Source: a virus
Taxonomy: Duplodnaviria > Caudoviricetes
Direction: 5' to 3' (one strand)
IMG/VR virus record: IMGVR_UViG_3300032136_000011
Location: 1-36,764 of that record
DNA length: 36,764 nucleotides
In this document: in pieces, positions 17,005 through 25,458 of the stretch
How positions within the stretch are numbered: position 1 is the stretch's first letter
Layout of the letters: each line of letters begins with the position of its first letter
Notes under the pieces: model-generated
The model's database searches: none
What the model saw: the letters and a program-made list of their open reading frames with translations, nothing else
Told to the model about the DNA's origin: nothing
Position numbers and translations under genes: made by a program

Positions 17005-17175
17005 ATGCGAAGTATATTAATTAGCGAAAATTTTTCGGTTAAATTCGAGGCCCAACTAAGCGAGATGCTAGGCATATTAGCATCTAGGGGGGAAGAAATA
17101 TTAGACATAAAGTTTAGTACTAGTGCTTCTGATAATCATTGCTTATATTCAGCTTTAATTTTAATTAAAAACTAA
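17005..17175 (+). CDS. 56-aa small protein (Cse60/DUF2758-like pattern)
   Basis: Hand-translated MRSILISENF...EILDIKFSTS...LYSALILIKN; AAGGAGG RBS. Confidence 0.7.
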   Translation: MRSILISENFSVKFEAQLSEMLGILASRGEEILDIKFSTSASDNHCLYSALILIKN

Positions 17176-17177
17176 AG

Positions 17178-18377
17178 ATGGCTAAGTTTTTAGGCAAATT
17201 ATACGGACATCAGGTAGAAGGGGTAGATTTCGCCCTTTCTACTCCATACCATATTAACGGCTTCGAAATGGGCCTGGGGAAGACTGCTACTTCGCTAGCT
17301 GTGGCCTGTAAATTAGGAGCGAAGACGCTGGTAGTATGCCCTGCTTTTTTACGTAATAACTGGCTAAATGAGATAGAGAAATTTACCGAAGGGCTGGATA
17401 TAACTGTAACTTCCTACACTCAATTACATAAACTGGGGGTGAAAGGTTACGATTTTATTATAGCAGATGAGGCCCATTATCTTAAAAATCATAAAGCTAA
17501 GCGTACAGGGGCCTTCCATGAGTTAATAGTTAACGAGAAGCCTACGCACTTAATGTTAATGAGCGGTACCCCGATTAAAAATCGAGTCTCCGAATTTTGG
17601 AGCCTATTACAGCTATGCTATTACGGAGGAAGTTACGATATTTTTAAGCCTTTTTTTAAGTTGTACTTTAAATTTTGCCATAGCTTTAGCTACGAGCGTA
17701 CCTTCGAGGTTAATGGTATCCCGATAGTACGCTTCGACGGGGTTAAAAATGCAGAAGCTCTAAAAAGTCTAATAGCCCCTGTATACCTTAGAAAAAGAGC
17801 AGACGACGTATTAGACCTTCCAGATATAGTTAATACTAATATTTTTACTAAAAATGCGAAGAAATACGACGCTAAATTAAAAGAAGCTTTCGACCTTTTC
17901 CAGATAAAAGACCCTGCATATATGAGCTTAAAATCTGCTAATGCACTCGCTAAGATAGGGGATACTAAAGAGCTAGTTAAAGATATTTTAGAGCAGGATA
18001 AAAAGGTAGTAGTCTTTACCTGCCATCGGGAAAGCTGTAGGCAGTTAGCGAAGAAGTTAAAATGCGACTATATCGACGGCTCGATAGCTCCAGATAAAAG
18101 GCAGGCGATTATCGATAAATTTAACGATAGAGGAAGCGTCCTGATCGCTACTATCGGTGCGGCCTCTACTGGCTTTAATCTAACTTCTGCTAATTATATG
18201 GTATTTAACGACCTTCCTTTCGTACCAGCGGATTTAGAGCAGGCCAGAAAGCGGATACACCGTATCGGGCAGGATTTACAGTGCTTCTACTATTACGTTT
18301 TTAGTAGTGATACAGATAAAGAGCTTTTCGAAATGATTAATAGAAAGACTAAAGATATAGAGAAAGTTTATAAGTAG
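17178..18377 (+). CDS. SNF2-like SF2 helicase
   Basis: EMGLGKT, VVCPA, IADEAH, MSGTPIKN, GFNLT, QARKRIHRIGQ. Confidence 0.92.
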   Translation: MAKFLGKLYGHQVEGVDFALSTPYHINGFEMGLGKTATSLAVACKLGAKTLVVCPAFLRNNWLNEIEKFTEGLDITVTSYTQLHKLGVKGYDFIIADEAHYLKNHKAKRTGAFHELIVNEKPTHLMLMSGTPIKNRVSEFWSLLQLCYYGGSYDIFKPFFKLYFKFCHSFSYERTFEVNGIPIVRFDGVKNAEALKSLIAPVYLRKRADDVLDLPDIVNTNIFTKNAKKYDAKLKEAFDLFQIKDPAYMSLKSANALAKIGDTKELVKDILEQDKKVVVFTCHRESCRQLAKKLKCDYIDGSIAPDKRQAIIDKFNDRGSVLIATIGAASTGFNLTSANYMVFNDLPFVPADLEQARKRIHRIGQDLQCFYYYVFSSDTDKELFEMINRKTKDIEKVYK

Positions 18378-18414
18378 TTAGATAAGCATTTCTTAGTGAA
18401 TTAAAGGAGTTTAA

Positions 18415-18684
18415 ATGATTGATAACATAGAAAAGCTAGAAACCTTCGGACAGGCAAAATTGCATGATGTTTTATATATGCATACTTGTTATGGAACTTT
18501 TGTCGGAGAAATCAAAGAGGTTATTTTCGAGGGAACTTCAAGCGAAGAAATACTTTTAAATAAACCCAAGAACCACTATTTTCTAGTAAGTAAACTTATA
18601 AAAGGTGATAGTTGGGTGCGCTGTGCTTATATTTTAAAAGATACAAAACTATATAAACGAAATCGGGGCATTAAGAATTTATAA
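18415..18684 (+). CDS. Hypothetical protein, cassette-like gene 1
   Basis: 89 aa, AAGGAG RBS, atypical composition. Confidence 0.75.
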   Translation: MIDNIEKLETFGQAKLHDVLYMHTCYGTFVGEIKEVIFEGTSSEEILLNKPKNHYFLVSKLIKGDSWVRCAYILKDTKLYKRNRGIKNL

Positions 18685-18685
18685 C

Positions 18686-18709
18686 GCACGATAATCTTTC
18701 TTATCGTGC
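18686..18709. repeat. 24-bp palindromic element, copy 1: GCACGATAA-TCTTTC-TTATCGTGC
   Basis: Perfect 9-bp arms; lies between a stop codon and the next RBS. Confidence 0.85.
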
Positions 18710-18724
18710 AATGGAGATAGCATA

Positions 18725-18961
18725 ATGGATGAAATTAGTAGGTGTGATAACGGTGCTTGTTACAACGAAAACTTAATTGAAGAACAAGCAATAGAGATTC
18801 AAAAACTTAAAACCAAAAACAATAAACTTATAGAATCTATTGGTTTTGCTATTTATTTTATGAAAGAGTCGGGTTTTCATTGCTTGTGTGAAAGCGAACC
18901 TGAATTTCAAATGTATAAAGAATTTAAAGATATTATGAGTGAGTTTAAGAGCGCACGATAA
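18725..18961 (+). CDS. Hypothetical protein, cassette-like gene 2
   Basis: 78 aa, GGAG RBS; its TAA stop lies in the left arm of palindrome copy 2. Confidence 0.75.
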   Translation: MDEISRCDNGACYNENLIEEQAIEIQKLKTKNNKLIESIGFAIYFMKESGFHCLCESEPEFQMYKEFKDIMSEFKSAR

Positions 18962-18976
18962 CGTTTATTATCGTGT
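18953..18976. repeat. 24-bp palindromic element, copy 2: GCACGATAA-CGTTTA-TTATCGTGT
   Basis: Arms match copy 1 at 17/18 positions with a different 6-nt spacer; followed by an AAGGAG RBS. Confidence 0.85.
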
Positions 18977-18992
18977 AAAAGGAGAGAGAGTA

Positions 18993-19163
18993 ATGGAAAA
19001 ATTTAATGCAGATAATGGCTGGTATAGAAGAGCCTTTAAAATTAGAAATACGGCCAGTACTCACTATGGATACATTAACCTAAAAAGGCAGCTCGTCTGG
19101 GTACGGGGGGAGTATATCACTCCAGCGCAGGCTTATTTAAAGTACCTATGTAGTAAAGCATGA
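18993..19163 (+). CDS. Hypothetical protein (MEKFNADNGW...)
   Basis: Start moved from 18939 to 18993 because of the AAGGAG RBS after the palindrome. Confidence 0.65.
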   Translation: MEKFNADNGWYRRAFKIRNTASTHYGYINLKRQLVWVRGEYITPAQAYLKYLCSKA

Positions 19164-19372
19164 GAAAATTAATTATTTTAAATTATGAGACTGGCCAATT
19201 TTTCGAGGAGTATGCGGAGGAAGCTGCTATGGAGATAGTATCTACGTTACTACAGGAGGGAGCCGACTTGGAAAATATCCGAGTCTATGAAGCCAGAGAA
19301 AGAGAAATTTTAGAAGAAAAAGTTATATCTTTTCGCTATAGGATAGGGCCATGGAAGTCGAATTTACCTTAG
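19160..19372 (+). CDS. Hypothetical acidic protein
   Basis: 70 aa, ATGA coupling to the previous gene. Confidence 0.7.
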   Translation: MRKLIILNYETGQFFEEYAEEAAMEIVSTLLQEGADLENIRVYEAREREILEEKVISFRYRIGPWKSNLP

Positions 19373-19776
19373 ATATTAAGCCGCTTAGTTATAATGCTTA
19401 TTATAGAAATACCCGTAATGGGAAGAGAGTAAAGACTGGAGCAGGCCTAGCATACGACGAGGAGTTAGAGCTTCTTTTAGAAGATTATGCGCTAAAATTA
19501 GTCGATTTTGCAGCTCAGTTAGACGATACCAGAGACTATATTAAGCTCGTTATTATCCGCTTTAATCCTAACTTTCTGGTAAAAGACGGCTCTAGATTAA
19601 ATAAAACGAGCGGAGACGTAGATAATATCGTTAAAGTATTACAGGATAAAATCTTTAAAGTAGCAGGTATCGACGATTTTTTCGTTAAAGACCTTAGAGT
19701 CGTAGAAATGCCCGCCCTAGATAATAGAGTCTATATTAATTTAAAGAGAGAGTCCTATCCTAGACTCCCTCGATAA
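19351..19776 (+). CDS. rusA: RusA-like Holliday junction resolvase
   Basis: PLSYNAYY N-terminus; DVDNIVKVLQD...GIDD catalytic motif. Confidence 0.85.
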   Translation: MEVEFTLDIKPLSYNAYYRNTRNGKRVKTGAGLAYDEELELLLEDYALKLVDFAAQLDDTRDYIKLVIIRFNPNFLVKDGSRLNKTSGDVDNIVKVLQDKIFKVAGIDDFFVKDLRVVEMPALDNRVYINLKRESYPRLPR

Positions 19777-20581
19777 TTTTCCCGTCTGGTAATACTAGGC
19801 GATTATCCCAGACTTGGAAGACGTTAAAGTTAAAGGTATGGTCGTGGCGAAGGTTAATAACCCCGAAGCCATTAGACCAGTTATTTTCTGAGTTACGTAT
19901 GTAATGGGGATTTAAATCGCAGAAGGCGGGAAGACTCCAGGCCTGGCGAGTATCATTTCGGACGGGAAATGCTTTTACTTCGTATCTATGAACATGGGAA
20001 AAAATTACGTTATTACCTCCGCAGGCTTCATAATGCCTTTTATGGCAGGTACTCCCATGGTACATACCATGAGTTATACAGAGCTTTTTTCCTAAATCTA
20101 ACCAGTCGTTATAATAGACGACTTTTATCTTTCTCTCTTTTAATCTGAGCTGCAGCTCATAATTAAAATTATGCGAGTATGCAGCAGGGGCGACTTTCAT
20201 AAAGTCCCTATATCTCCAGTCGTGATTTCCTTCTACGAAAATAATTTCTGAGAAAAAACTCTGGAGTGCATCTAAGGTATCATTAGCCCAGCTAAACTCT
20301 TCTTCGGTTTTAGGTAGAAAATAATCTTCGATACCGTCTGAGCGTTTTATCCACTTTTTATACATAGGGCTTCTAGGCATTAAATGAGGACAGTCCATAA
20401 AGTCGCCATTAATGATTAATTTCCGCTTAGATTTAGGGAGTTTTTTTGCTACCTGGAGCATAATATCGAAAGTCGGTAGACTCATATGCTCGCTATGCCA
20501 GTCGCCTGCGATAAAATAGGTAGAAATTTCCCCTTTACGTGGGGGTTTTACGTATGTTATTTTCATAGCTCTATATCTCAC
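19760..20581 (-). CDS. Calcineurin-like metallophosphoesterase
   Basis: GDWH, NGDFMD, EGNHD, THG and SHVH motifs; start may be the ATG at 20566. Confidence 0.9.
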   Translation of the reverse strand: MRYRAMKITYVKPPRKGEISTYFIAGDWHSEHMSLPTFDIMLQVAKKLPKSKRKLIINGDFMDCPHLMPRSPMYKKWIKRSDGIEDYFLPKTEEEFSWANDTLDALQSFFSEIIFVEGNHDWRYRDFMKVAPAAYSHNFNYELQLRLKERKIKVVYYNDWLDLGKKLCITHGMYHGSTCHKRHYEACGGNNVIFSHVHRYEVKAFPVRNDTRQAWSLPAFCDLNPHYIRNSENNWSNGFGVINLRHDHTFNFNVFQVWDNRLVLPDGKIIEGV

Positions 20582-20643
20582 TAGATTACTGGGTTAATAT
20601 TAACTGTGGTGAGTGTATAATCTCTCAGTAATCTAGTTTTTTT
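20580..20643. other. Long intergenic inverted repeat with a T-run on the plus strand
   Basis: ACTAGATTACTG (20580-20591) pairs with CAGTAATCTAGT (20626-20637); inner palindrome GTTAATATTAAC. Confidence 0.65.
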
Positions 20644-21033
20644 CTATTCTACGTGTGCGTGATAAAATGTAGGATACTCTAGCACTTTATCGAAATTTCT
20701 CTCTAATAACTCTTTTAAATATGCTACTTCTAAAGGCTCTAAGTTTTTGGTCGAAATGTCAATCGCCTGCCCCATAGTATGCCTAGAGTTAGCTATCCCG
20801 CCTACGTCTTTATTATGCTGCTGGCAGCGAAAGCCCGAGTTAATCGTTAACTTTTTACCGAAAGCTAGTCGTACTACTGTCCAAGCGTCTTTTAATCTAG
20901 GACTCATTAGCGTTATATGGCAGGTAGTACTATTGCATTGGCATTTAAATTCGCTATGATCTAGCCCAGGAGCTAGCTCCATTTTTAGCGATTTATGTAA
21001 TATAAAATTTAATTTATCGTCTAAAGATATCAT
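20644..21033 (-). CDS. Peptidase M15A (D-Ala-D-Ala type) endolysin
   Basis: EFKCQC, INSGFRCQQHN..VGG..NSRHTMGQAID, FYHAHV. Confidence 0.88.
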   Translation of the reverse strand: MISLDDKLNFILHKSLKMELAPGLDHSEFKCQCNSTTCHITLMSPRLKDAWTVVRLAFGKKLTINSGFRCQQHNKDVGGIANSRHTMGQAIDISTKNLEPLEVAYLKELLERNFDKVLEYPTFYHAHVE

Positions 21034-21386
21034 GCGTCTGGCAGCTTAAAAATATGTATTCTAATGGTGGCCTGGCCGTAAATGTCTGCCCTATTCATTA
21101 ATATTCTAGCCCCCGCCCTAGTAAAAATATACGGTACTGGCCCGTAATCTTCGAAGCCCCCGAAAGGTGCTCCCCCTCCAGAAGTAAATAGCTGCGGGGT
21201 AGTGGGGTCGTCGATATAGCCTAAATTATCTGCATATACGCTAACTCCTTTTTGGGGGTCGTTAGCATTAGACTGGACTAGCTCTATTATAACCATACAG
21301 CGATATTCTACGGTATATGCTACTAGTGGGGTCTGGTCGAAGTGAGTAAATTCTACAGTCTTATAATCTAAAAATGGAAAAAACAT
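21030..21386 (-). CDS. Hypothetical beta-rich protein, possibly tail tip
   Basis: 118 aa, coupled to the tail genes. Confidence 0.55.
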   Translation of the reverse strand: MFFPFLDYKTVEFTHFDQTPLVAYTVEYRCMVIIELVQSNANDPQKGVSVYADNLGYIDDPTTPQLFTSGGGAPFGGFEDYGPVPYIFTRAGARILMNRADIYGQATIRIHIFKLPDA

Positions 21387-21388
21387 TA

Positions 21389-21976
21389 TTAAAGCTCCTT
21401 CATACGCATTTTAAAATGCAGATTTAATGCCTTAGAAGCATTGGATACGATAAAAGGTACTAGGATAGAGCCTGCGGGTATCGGAGTAGCGTTAGTACCC
21501 AGATTTAAATTACCATAGAAGAGCGTATGTCCTCCGTTATTTATAGCTATATTAGCAGGGGATACCGTATCTACGTCTTTTTTCCCCGCCATTACATTAG
21601 TACCATTGCTACCTGAGATGCTTAAAGCGTTACCTCCAGAGCCGAAAAGGTTATTAATAAAACCTCCTGCGCTATCGTAAATCGCTATATTAAAGTTAGA
21701 AGTACCCGATACTCCAGAGTTACGAAGAGCTAGCGAGTACATAGATACTACACTCTGCTTTTCTACGTATCTAATACCTGCGGAGCCGTCGTCGAATGAG
21801 TTAGCGTTAAAATAACCCCCGATAGTAAAGTCCTCGTCGATTACGAGTCTATCGAGTATGTAGTTAATATTTCCAGCTAGTTTTTGATTTATAGCTTCTG
21901 AGTTAGGCCTATTGGCCTCTACGTTACCTATAAAAATCTGCTGCCTAGAAGGGGTTACTAAGTCTGTACTGGCCAT
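21389..21976 (-). CDS. Putative tail tip / fibre-associated protein
   Basis: 195 aa, Gly/Asn/Ser-rich beta pattern, follows the large tail protein. Confidence 0.55.
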   Translation of the reverse strand: MASTDLVTPSRQQIFIGNVEANRPNSEAINQKLAGNINYILDRLVIDEDFTIGGYFNANSFDDGSAGIRYVEKQSVVSMYSLALRNSGVSGTSNFNIAIYDSAGGFINNLFGSGGNALSISGSNGTNVMAGKKDVDTVSPANIAINNGGHTLFYGNLNLGTNATPIPAGSILVPFIVSNASKALNLHFKMRMKEL

Positions 21977-24438
21977 TAGATTATCCTATATCCTTTCTCG
22001 TCTGCGAAAGCATAGACTTCTAGCCTATGTCCTATCGCTGGAGTTATGTCTAAGTCCTCATTTAATGTTATGGTATTCGAGGTTATATCGTCAATTATCC
22101 TAGTCTCAGAGTCTATCGTAAAGTCTTCGCTGTGGACTTGTACTTCCATACCTACCTCGTATTTACCTATCTCGCCCGCATCTACGGTAAAAATACTAGG
22201 AGAAGTTACTCCAGTTAATAGAGACGAGGGCATAACGAAGGTATGAGATAGCTTTATAGCTCTGTCTATATCTTCTTCGCTACCTTTATAGTTATCGAAA
22301 GTAGCGGCTTCTATCCAATAGCCCTCATTCGGGGCTATGGATAAAGCAGGAGTTATAATTAGCCCGTTATCGGTAACGGGGTCTAATGCATCTATAGTTA
22401 CCGTCTCTTCGAAGGTAAAATCGTCGCTTCTAACGGTAATCTGGAGTCCTACCCATTTTTCCCATTTTTCCCGCTCAGTTAAAAACTGGTCGCTCCCCCA
22501 AAAAGACTCTATTAATACTTTAGTCGTCGTAGAGCCTGCAGCGACTCTGGAAGCTGCGGAGTAGGTAGCAAAAATACCGTCAATACCGAAAGAAGTCTGT
22601 AGTAATTTTAGCGAGACTTCGCCCTTGATTAAATCTAGTTGACGGTCGATTACTTCGTACTGCTCTAGAGGAAGATTTCTTTCTCCAGACTCTAAATTAA
22701 CGAGCTGGGTATCTTCTCCCCCGAAAAATACGATATCTCCTATTTCTATGGTAGCGGCCGTAGAAAATAGAACCTTTACATTTTGGACGTATAAGCTACC
22801 GAATTTATAGCGATTTAGTATCCTATCACCTATCCGCTGGAGAGTCTGTAGGACTGCGCTAGAGCGTGGTAACCCCTTAGCTTCTATAACCTGGTCTTTT
22901 CTTCCAGCTTTTATGCGACTTAGAGAGTCTGCATTAATTTTTATCAGCTTATTAAAAAACTTTCCAGTCTCTAAGGTACCAGTATTATAGCGATAGATTA
23001 CTCTATTTAATAAATATTTATGCGTACTTCTTTTTAATTTTGTTTTTACTAGGTCGTAGCAATTTTCAGTATTGAGGACTGGTATCTCAGTAGCGGAGAA
23101 AGGAGGGGCCGTAAATTTTATCGAAGTACGGGCCTTTCTGCTTATAAGATATAATCCCATAGGGCGACATATTTCTTTTATTATAAACTCTCTGGTATCT
23201 GATATCGTCTCGTCTAGCTTAAAGCTAAAAGGTACGAAGGCCGAAGAAAATAAGTCGTTAACTTCCTGAAAGGCTGCTGTATCTATAAACTCAATATCGA
23301 GGCCACAGCCGTCTGGAAGCGTATTATACTGCGATTTTATCTGTAAATTTACAGTTAATCCCGTCTCTTCGGTTAAAGTCTCTTCTTCCACTACGATATA
23401 GCTTTTCCCTGTATCTAGCGTGGCGAAAGACTGTACGGTATACTCTCCGTCGTTAGAAGCTGTACCCGATAATAGGATTTTATCCCCAGGTACGAAGCCT
23501 AATTTACCTTGGATATCGAAGTAGTCGACGATAATCGCCCGCTCTACCGTCTCTGTAGAGCTAACTCTAAGCAGCGCAGATACATTATACCCAGTATCGG
23601 TAAAGGTATTTCCTTCGTTACTATGAAGAAGCTTTAATATTAGCTCGATAGGAGACTCGTTAATAGTGTAGTAACTCGTAATCTCCGACTCGTCTTCGTG
23701 GCTAGTCGCTATCGTACCCAGTCTTTCTCTAACGACGGTAAAGGTATTAGCTACCTCGTCTCTAGAGACGACTTCCATAATCTCGTCGCCTATCCTGATA
23801 TAACTCGTAACGATATCCTGGCTATCTAGAAAGGGATTTACGGTATCTGCGGAAATGGTAGTCGTTACGTTATCTATCGTACCGCTTAGTACTCCCTGGT
23901 AAAGCTCGTAGCTAGACTGTCTAGCTAAGTTAGTATTTAAGGCTATAGATACTGCGATACTTCCAGCGTTATACTCGATATCGTCTACATTTCCTTTTAG
24001 GATAGGTATAAAATCCTGTGGAAAGCGGGAGCCTTTTAAAGATACGTATACGGTCGCTTTCTTAGAAAGCGGGTCGCCTATCTGGTTAAATGATAAATCT
24101 TCTGCTACTTCTCCTTTATAATCAACTAAATCGACGGTAAAGTTAGAAATACTTCCACTTCCGCCCTTGTCGACGAGTAGCTGCTGGGCGAGTCTTTTCG
24201 TAGTCTGGCCGCCCTTTATGATAATATATGGCTTAGAGTCTTCTCTTTCTATCTCCCCGTCCCAGGTAACTCCGATATCATTATCCCACTTAATACGGGG
24301 GTCGTCCCAGCGGGCAGTTTCTTTTATGGGAGCCGTACCGTAAATATATTTACTATCCTGTATCTGCACAGCGATAATAGGCTCTTTATTTATCTGGTCG
24401 GCCAATGCCCTGAAAGTAGGAGTTACGGTATATGCCAT
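21976..24438 (-). CDS. Large tail protein (central tail hub or tip-like)
   Basis: About 820 aa, acidic and beta-rich; YIRIGDEIM...VVRERLGT..TSH motif and IEIGDIV segment typical of tail proteins; likely start MAYTVTP at 24438. Confidence 0.7.
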   Translation of the reverse strand: MAYTVTPTFRALADQINKEPIIAVQIQDSKYIYGTAPIKETARWDDPRIKWDNDIGVTWDGEIEREDSKPYIIIKGGQTTKRLAQQLLVDKGGSGSISNFTVDLVDYKGEVAEDLSFNQIGDPLSKKATVYVSLKGSRFPQDFIPILKGNVDDIEYNAGSIAVSIALNTNLARQSSYELYQGVLSGTIDNVTTTISADTVNPFLDSQDIVTSYIRIGDEIMEVVSRDEVANTFTVVRERLGTIATSHEDESEITSYYTINESPIELILKLLHSNEGNTFTDTGYNVSALLRVSSTETVERAIIVDYFDIQGKLGFVPGDKILLSGTASNDGEYTVQSFATLDTGKSYIVVEEETLTEETGLTVNLQIKSQYNTLPDGCGLDIEFIDTAAFQEVNDLFSSAFVPFSFKLDETISDTREFIIKEICRPMGLYLISRKARTSIKFTAPPFSATEIPVLNTENCYDLVKTKLKRSTHKYLLNRVIYRYNTGTLETGKFFNKLIKINADSLSRIKAGRKDQVIEAKGLPRSSAVLQTLQRIGDRILNRYKFGSLYVQNVKVLFSTAATIEIGDIVFFGGEDTQLVNLESGERNLPLEQYEVIDRQLDLIKGEVSLKLLQTSFGIDGIFATYSAASRVAAGSTTTKVLIESFWGSDQFLTEREKWEKWVGLQITVRSDDFTFEETVTIDALDPVTDNGLIITPALSIAPNEGYWIEAATFDNYKGSEEDIDRAIKLSHTFVMPSSLLTGVTSPSIFTVDAGEIGKYEVGMEVQVHSEDFTIDSETRIIDDITSNTITLNEDLDITPAIGHRLEVYAFADEKGYRII

Positions 24439-24728
24439 TAGTCGCAGTCTCCGAATTTTAAGCACTCGAAAAGACGCTGCTCTTTATTTTCGTAGTAATC
24501 TCGAATTAATTCTATTTCTTCCTGAGTAGGTATAACGGTTAGTTTATCAGGGATATCTAATACTTCCCCGTCGCAGGCCATTTTCCCTGCAAAATCTCCC
24601 TGCTGTATTAAAGTTATGCACTCTCGTACTTCGGGTCTATTAAAATATTCGCTAGCTTCCTGATTTTGACATTTCGCCCCCAGAATTAAGGGTAGAAAGC
24701 TCAGTAGATAGACGGATAATTTCCTCAT
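24438..24728 (-). CDS. Putative lipoprotein, o-spanin-like
   Basis: MRK, hydrophobic stretch, LGAKC (Cys20, non-canonical lipobox); further Cys residues; overlaps the upstream gene in another frame, as Rz/Rz1 do. Confidence 0.55.
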   Translation of the reverse strand: MRKLSVYLLSFLPLILGAKCQNQEASEYFNRPEVRECITLIQQGDFAGKMACDGEVLDIPDKLTVIPTQEEIELIRDYYENKEQRLFECLKFGDCD

Positions 24729-24900
24729 TAGTTGTAGCCTTTCTAATTTCTTTTAAAAGGTCGGCTCTTTTTTTGGACTTTTCTGCCCGAGCTTCCCTGC
24801 TTTCGCTTAAAAAGTATTTATCGACGATATAACCCACTAGCTTAGTAGCTAGTGGGTATATGATGTACTTAAATAAGCCTTCGAGTAGTTTAGGACTCAT
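24652..24900 (-). CDS. Putative i-spanin-like membrane protein
   Basis: Moderately hydrophobic N-terminus, charged helix, 77-nt overlap with the lipoprotein gene. Confidence 0.4.
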   Translation of the reverse strand: MSPKLLEGLFKYIIYPLATKLVGYIVDKYFLSESREARAEKSKKRADLLKEIRKATTNEEIIRLSTELSTLNSGGEMSKSGS

Positions 24901-25115
24901 TAGAGATTATCTTCTCCGTCGATTTTATCGATAGCGTCTACTACTAGTCCTTTAAGCATTTTCATACCTTGTAGGACAGTATCGTCTACTAGCGACACAG
25001 TATCCGCTACGTAGATTTCTGCGATTTCGATAGCCTCGTCTAGAGCCATAACTAGGTGTCCTTCTGCTTTTTTAAGTAGAAGTCCTTTGATTTTTTCTTC
25101 CATTGATTTTTCCAT
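24900..25115 (-). CDS. Hypothetical helical protein in the lysis cluster
   Basis: AGGAG RBS supports the start MEKSMEEK at 25115. Confidence 0.65.
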   Translation of the reverse strand: MEKSMEEKIKGLLLKKAEGHLVMALDEAIEIAEIYVADTVSLVDDTVLQGMKMLKGLVVDAIDKIDGEDNL

Positions 25116-25119
25116 GATT

Positions 25120-25398
25120 TTAACTCCTTTTAATAATTTCGCCTTCATAGGCTTCTAGAAATTTAGTAATCTGGGCCTGCGACCCTTCTAAAGTATGCAG
25201 TCTATCTCGTATTTTTACAACTTCGGAAGCGTTAACTCGGCTTCTTTCTTCCGTAGCATCATGCTTTACATTTAATTTTACTAGCTCCAGCCGTACTTCC
25301 GTTATGGCCTGGAGGGTCTGTCTAGTAAAGAAAGCGTTAATTATTAATAGTAGACTTAAAAATGAGCCTACTAAAGCTACGAGAAGGTCTAAGCTCAT
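25120..25398 (-). CDS. Single-TM coiled-coil protein (holin/antiholin-like)
   Basis: LLVALVGSFLSLLLIINAFF TM helix followed by a coiled coil. Confidence 0.55.
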   Translation of the reverse strand: MSLDLLVALVGSFLSLLLIINAFFTRQTLQAITEVRLELVKLNVKHDATEERSRVNASEVVKIRDRLHTLEGSQAQITKFLEAYEGEIIKRS

Positions 25399-25448
25399 TT
25401 TTTATAAACCTTTTTACCTTTCTTTTTGCATTTTTTCTTTTTTGCCAT
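25395..25448 (-). CDS. 17-aa lysine-rich micropeptide MAKKKKCKKKGKKVYKK
   Basis: AAGGAG RBS, ATG at 25448, TGA overlapping the next ATG (ATGA). Confidence 0.65.
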   Translation of the reverse strand: MAKKKKCKKKGKKVYKK

Positions 25449-25458
25449 AACTACTCCT

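Noticed and set aside
18686-18976. Integron attC sites or rho-independent terminators
   Set aside because: Too short, no RYYYAAC/GTTRRRY ends or extrahelical bases, no integrase; no U-tracts
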